64,000 nucleotides of DNA from Chrysemys picta bellii (lineage: Eukaryota). The notes beneath the pieces were generated by a model that worked only from the letters and a program-made list of their open reading frames with translations, was not told where the DNA came from and did not search any database. The stretch covers positions 24,738,001-24,802,000 of the forward strand of contig NC_088810.1 of NCBI RefSeq assembly GCF_011386835.1, written 5' to 3'. A program made the translations under genes and the position numbers. Shown here in pieces: positions 58,595-64,000 of the stretch; positions within the stretch are counted from its first letter, which is position 1, and the number at the start of each line of letters is the position of its first letter.

Positions 58595-61500
58595 ATGGGG
58601 AGACCGAGGCGGCAGAAACCGCCGAATACGAGTGAGACCCACTCTCAGGGATCCTGACCTGGGCCCCAGCCCCTTGAATCCCAGGCCCTGTTACTGGCGG
58701 GGCAGCCTCCCATGGCGCCCTGGGGAAACCTGGCATTAACCCCTGTCTCTTGTTGTACTTAAAGTACTGCACAGGATCTTTTCAGGGGGAATAAGGCAAA
58801 ACGCCACATTTATTAGTAATACATGTATTCATTAACACTGTATTATATGCATATAATATATTACACTTACACTCACACACACAAACACAAACCCATTCCG
58901 TCTTGTTGTTACCAATTAGTTGCTCCCCTTAACTTCACTGGCCAGGTGAGTTAGATGGGGGAGGGGGTGGAGCCGGGCTTCTGCCGATCCGGATCGATGC
59001 TCCCATGTTGACAAGACGAGACCCGGGGTCCTCTGCAAGACACCTCACTTTTATAGCAGCTTTCCTCTTATGCAAATCTATACCAGATTCAAACTCTGTG
59101 TCTGTGTCTATTGGTCCTTTGTGCTGCTTTCTTTTGAGTGTTGTCCCAATGCTGCAAAGAGGGTGTTTCCAAAAGAAGGTGCTTGCTTCTAACCCCCGAG
59201 GCCGTCCATATGTCTGCTTGTCTTTAATGAGCCCACTTGACACGTTTTATTGTCCTTGGGTCTGGCTCCCAGCCCCTCTCCAACAGTTGAGGCTGTCTGG
59301 AGGTGCTGCCTTCCATGCCTTGCTCATCCACACCTCATTCATTCAACAGGACAATTGATTAAGGGGGGCGGGGGGGAGAGCTCTTGTTCTACTGCTAGCA
59401 AAAAGAAATTTTTCTTCTATCTTATTCTATCCTTAGGGGCTATAATATTATACCAAGGGCAATGCAAAGTTTCTAAATGAGGCTTTGATACAAAGTTCCA
59501 TGAAAACAGAGGTCACACGTGGGTAGACCCACCACAAGGTTATATGAAGAGGCACAATGTAAAGTTATATGAAAATTATCAGAGATTTATCTACACTCTC
59601 CCCACAGCCCTGAAGCGAGCCGTGCTCGGCCTGCTGCCCGCCTGCTGTGCCCGCTTCCTCTGGAGCCAGCCCGACCAGCTCTGCCTCAGCAAGTTCTTCC
59701 TGGGCGCAGGCGTCGGGGGCTTCCTGGCCCTGGGTGAGTCCAGCCGGGACTTGTAGGGGGGCTGGGGAGGCCTTTGGGGTCCCTGCTGCGGGTGGGGGGG
59801 GTTAAACGGAGGGGCTGCTTGGGAGCCTGTGATGGGGGCCAGTAATGCCAGGGCATTGGTGACAACAGGGATGTTGGGGTGTCTGGGGGCACTGGGGTAT
59901 CGGGGGGATATTGGGGTGGGGGGGTCACCGCAGTTTAGCTCCATCAGCCTCCAACCCCATTTTGTTAAAGCGGTGCCATTGCCTTGCGCTGCCCAGGCTG
60001 CAGCCTTCCTGGGCGTGGCACAGCTGGGGGGCAGGGCGTGTGTGGGGCCGGAGGGAGGGATGTGTGGGCAGGGAAGGGCCCCAGGGGCTCAGGGCAGCTC
60101 CAACATTCCAGCTTCTTGGCTGTCCAGGCCTCTCCCAGCTCCTCATCTTCCCCATGAGCCTCGACGAGGGTCACAAGATCGAGCTGATGTACGGGCTGGC
60201 AGGTGGGTGCCCAGAGGGTCGGTGCCCCCTGGTGGGTAGGTGCCCATGGTGAGGGGTCAGTGCCCCATGGTGAGTGGGTGCCCAGGGGGTCAGTGCCCCA
60301 TGGTGGGTGGGTGCCCAGGGGGGCAGTTCCCCATGGTGGGTGGGTGCCCAGGGCAGGGCTGTTTGTGTTTCCTGTGGTGGGTGGGTGCCTTGTGGGCCTG
60401 ACTGGTGCCCAGCTGGGCCGCAGGCTGTGGGGAGAAGCCACCAGCTCTCTCAGCCCCTCTCCCCTGCAGGTGTCAATGCCCTGGGCTGGGGCATCTCCCC
60501 GCACTTCCGCTGCGCCAGCCTCCTGGTCGCCCCCAAGTTCCTGGGCAAGGAGGGGCGGCTCTACCTGCTCACCTACGTCCTGGCTGCCGTCTATGACGGT
60601 AAGGAGACAGGCCAAGGCTGGAGATAGGTAGGCGCGGGGCCCCCTTACTGGGCACCTGGTGTGACCCCCCCCCATTGGGTACCAGGTGTGACCCCTCCCT
60701 CCCCACTGCGCCCTCACTGGGCACCTGGGGGTGACCTTCCCCCCCGCCCGACTATAACGATGCTGCCTCTGGCAGGACACAACAGAGTGTATCAATTCAG
60801 GACAAATTGCTTAGAGCAGGGCAGTCACAGCCCAAGGCTGGCGTCCTTTACACACCCAGGCAAATCAAACCAGCCAGACAGAGAGGACTTCGGTCTCACC
60901 CCACTGGCTAACCACAAGTCACACAAGCAATTCCCTCAGACACTCCAGTTTCCCAGTATCCCCACCAGCGCCACTCGTTACGGGGACGAATGATTATGAA
61001 AACCAACACCCCAGTAAAAGAAAAAAGGTTCTCCGATCCCAAAGGACCAAGTCCCAGACCCAGGTCAATATACAAGTCAGATCTTACCCACAAATCACAC
61101 TGTTGCCAATCCTTTACAATCTAAAATCTAAAGGTTTATTCATAAAAAGAAAGAAATATAGATGAGCGCTAGAATTGGTTACATGGAATCAATTCCATAC
61201 AGTAATGGCCAAGTTCTTGGTTCAGGCTTGTAGCCGGGATGGGATAAGCTGCAGGTTCAAATCAAGTCTCTGGAACATCCCCCGCTGGGATGGGTCCTTC
61301 AGTCCTTAGTTCAGAGCTTCAGTGTAGCAAAGTCCCTCCAGAGGCAAGAGGCAGGATTGAAGACAAGATGGAGGAGCTGCAGCAACTTTTGATAGTCTCT
61401 TGCCATGTGACTTCTCTTTCTTTGTTCAAAAGACAAGCTGCCCAGCACATGGCCTGGAAAAACCTCCGAGTTCTGTCCATGGGCAGGTCCCTGCATGTCT

Positions 61501-63919
61501 TGCTGAGTCACAAGGTGTATCTGCTTCTCTCAATGGGTCAGTTGTGTAGCTGACGGTCCGTAATAGGCAATCAAGCAGGCTAGGCAGCGCTGACACCAAC
61601 TTGTCTGGGGTGTCACCCAGAAGCACACACGGAGTTGGAAATACAGACAGTCTAGAGCCGATACTTATAACTTTCAATACAAAAAGATCCATGCACCCTG
61701 ATAGCATCATCATACCCAGCAAACCAGAACCTTGTCGTAGACACTTTACTTGATCTCCTTTGTACAAGATTTGGTGCCACTACAGGACCTTGGTTGCAAC
61801 CATGACTTATATGGTCCCAGTTTGTGTCAATAATGTCACCCCCCTCCTCACTGCACCCTCACCGGGTACCTGGTGTGACCCCCCCCAGCCACTGCACCCT
61901 CACCAGGTACCTGGTGTGACCCCCCCCCAGCCACTGCACCCTCACCAGGTACCTGGTGTGACACCCCCCCAGCCACTGCACCCTCACCAGGTACCTGGTG
62001 TGACCCCCCCCCCAAGCCACTGCACCCTCACTCGGGGTATGGCAAGGGGGGGGTTGCGTTTTTCACCCCATCTCAGCAGGGGCTGGCAGGTGGTTCTGGC
62101 GCAGGGTGGGGGCTGCCAGGTGGTTCTGGCCCCAGGCCTTGCCCTGGCGCCAGGAGCTGTGACCTGGCCACATGGCCCATCCCCAGGCCCCATCGCCAAC
62201 ATGCGGCACAACCTAGACGAGGTGATCCGCTCCATGGGCTGCACCGTGGAGCTGCAGATCAACCACAGCCGGCAGATCTGGAGGGTGTCCACGGCCCCCC
62301 TGCGCGCCGTGCTGCGCGACATGGTGGTGAGGAGCAGGGAGCCTGGGCAGGAGACCGGCTGGGATGGGCAATGAGGAACTCGGGCCAGGGGGGCACAGTG
62401 TGTGTGCAGTGGAGGGAGCGTGGGGGATTGGGGGGGGGAGGCCTGGAGCACTGGGGAGCCTGGCTGGGAGGGGGGCAAAGACACCAGGATGGCGGGGAGC
62501 CCAGCTGGGGGGGCGCACGGACACCGGGGAGCCTGGCGGGGGGGGGGGGGGCGCGGGGACACCGGGGAGCCTGGCGGGGGGGCGCACGGACACCGGGGAG
62601 CCTGGCAGGGGGGGGGGGGGGCCGCGGGGACACCGGGGAGCCTGGCGGGGGGGGCGCGGGGACACTGGGGAGCCTGGCGGGGGGGCGCACGGACACCGGG
62701 GAGCCTGGCGGTGGGGGGCACAGGGATACCAGGGAGCCCAGCTGGGGCGGGCAGATGAGCTGGGCAGTTGAGGACAGGCACTGGGGTAAGGGCAGTGGGG
62801 CAGGAGCTGCACTGGGTGGTGGTTCCTGGGAGTCCCCCACTCAGCCCAGGGTGGGGTCCCCCCCATCAGCAGACTCCCCCCCCGTGAGCACCTTTTCCCC
62901 CAGCAGAAGGGCGGGCAGACCCTCAATGCGGAGACCCGGAACGTCTCGCAGGCGTTCGCGGGGCTAAACGAGCAGGTGGCCAGCGAGGCGGGGTACGGCG
63001 TGAGGCGCCCGCGCCGGGCACAAGGGCACCATGCCCCCAGCACACAGCAGCTGTACGAGCAGAAAACCAAACTGCGCTGCAAATGTGAGTGTGCCCAGGC
63101 TGCGCGGGAGTGGGGGGCACAGTGCCAGGCGGGCTGCGGGGGGCCGGGAGCCGAGGCAGGGCCAGGCTGCACCAGGCAGGGCTGCGGCTCCGCTCGCTCT
63201 GTCGGGCCGAGCCGGGGGGCTGCGCTGGGCTGTGGCGAGAGGCCCCAGTGACCTGCTCCCCCCCCCCCAGACGTGATTGACGAGGCGATCGGGCGTTGCC
63301 AGGCCTGGTTCGACGCCAAGCACAAGGCCTGTCTGCGGCGCGTTGCGGTGCCCCTCATCAGCCACCTGCTCTGTCTGCCCATGAAGTTCAAGTTCCTCTG
63401 CCACGTGGTTCAGGGTGAGTCTTTGGGGAGACCCTGGGCTGGGGGCAGCGGCGGGGGAGGGGAAGGGGCCAGAGGGTGACCCCATGGTGGAGGAGCTGGG
63501 AGCCCCGGGCTGGGGGGAGCAGGGCTGCTGCGTGCCCAGGTCCAGGGACGTGGGTGGTGGGGAGGACAAGGCCTGCTGCAGAGGGTGAGAGACCCTCGTT
63601 CCATCGCTCCCCCCACGCTGGGACCCTCCCCCATCCGGGGCCCCGGTGCTGCCAGACCCCGGCTCTGAGCCCAGAAGAGCCAGGAAGCCCCCCCACACCT
63701 TTAGCGGCCCTGAGGGACAGGTGGGGCTGTGCCCACGACGGGGGACAGGTGTGGGGCTCCCCACTCCATGCAGCTCACTTCACCACCACCCCCCCAGTGA
63801 TGCACGCCTGGTGCAGGGACAAGATCCCCGTGGAGGGCAACTTCGGCCAAACTTACGACAAGGTGAACGGCTCTGTGGCCGGCATCAGCCAGGACTTCAG
63901 CGCCCAGCTGGTCATCAAG
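58595..63919 (+). CDS. DCST1: DCST1 (DC-STAMP domain containing 1), 5' part (318 codons; continues beyond the window); exons 58595-58631, 59608-59733, 60128-60202, 60470-60598, 62187-62326, 62904-63084, 63271-63414, 63798-63919
   Basis: Phase-consistent GT-AG exons encoding [89 protein letters not shown], all characteristic of DCST1. Head-to-head with DCST2. Exon 1 is the least certain. Confidence 0.92.
58751..59595 (-). mobile_element. Solo LTR (845 bp) in DCST1 intron 1, antisense to DCST1
   Basis: TG...CA ends; 4-bp TSD CTCT (58747-58750, 59596-59599); AT-rich relative to flanks; minus-strand CCAAT (59114-59110), octamer (59070-59077), TATAAAA (59055-59049) and AATAAA (58814-58809). Confidence 0.8.
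60200..60350. repeat. ~30-bp minisatellite starting at the DCST1 exon 3 donor
   Basis: GGTGGGTGCCCAGGGGG...CCCCATGG units. Confidence 0.8.
60753..61840 (-). mobile_element. Probable solo LTR (~1.09 kb) in DCST1 intron 4, inserted in a minisatellite
   Basis: AT-rich non-coding block with decayed TG/CA-like ends (TATAACG...ATGTCAC) and a minus-strand AATAAA near 61135-61140, flanked on both sides by the same ~30-bp repeat. No clean TSD. Confidence 0.6.
61845..62030. repeat. ~30-bp minisatellite (also at 60640-60745, split by the solo LTR)
   Basis: CACTGCACCCTCACCAGGTACCTGGTGTGACCCCCCC units. Confidence 0.85.
62450..62750. repeat. G-rich minisatellite in DCST1 intron 5
   Basis: GGACACCGGGGAGCCTGGCGGGGGGG units. 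Confidence 0.85.
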
Positions 63920-64000
63920 GTGTGAACGCCCTGTCCGCGAAGTAACGCCCGCCCTTCCCCCTGCCCCTGATGTAACGCCTGCCCTTCCCCCATCCCTAGG

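Overview
Very GC-rich vertebrate genomic DNA, most likely a turtle (inferred from the CR1 3' tails, Gmr1-type Gypsy elements and synteny). It corresponds to the human 1q21.3 ZBTB7B-DCST2-DCST1 block. I reconstructed four genes by hand from splice sites and reading-frame phase. (1) A compact SMAD6-like inhibitory SMAD (+, 3 coding exons, 351 aa) that has no counterpart at this position in human. (2) ZBTB7B/ThPOK (+, 2 coding exons, 482 aa, with a likely CpG-island first exon near 18 kb). (3) DCST2 (-, 14 coding exons, ~758 aa). (4) The first 8 coding exons of DCST1 (+, head-to-head with DCST2, running off the window). DCST2 intron 3 holds a nested retroelement. A very young non-autonomous Gmr1-like element (identical 473-bp LTRs, 5-bp TSD, tRNA-Leu PBS, intact Gag-protease-integrase Zn-domain ORF, no RT) sits inside an older LTR-derived element. 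The older element has inverted U3 ends and its own 5-bp TSD, which fits snap-back cDNA integration, and it carries a copy of DCST2 intron 5. Also present: two solo LTRs in DCST1, two CR1 3' fragments, two MITE copies, many minisatellites (several seeded from splice junctions, one a CTCF-motif array, one a tRNA-like SINE head) and a ~1.1-kb N gap. Almost all long ORFs in the supplied track are artefacts of GC content or tandem repeats.
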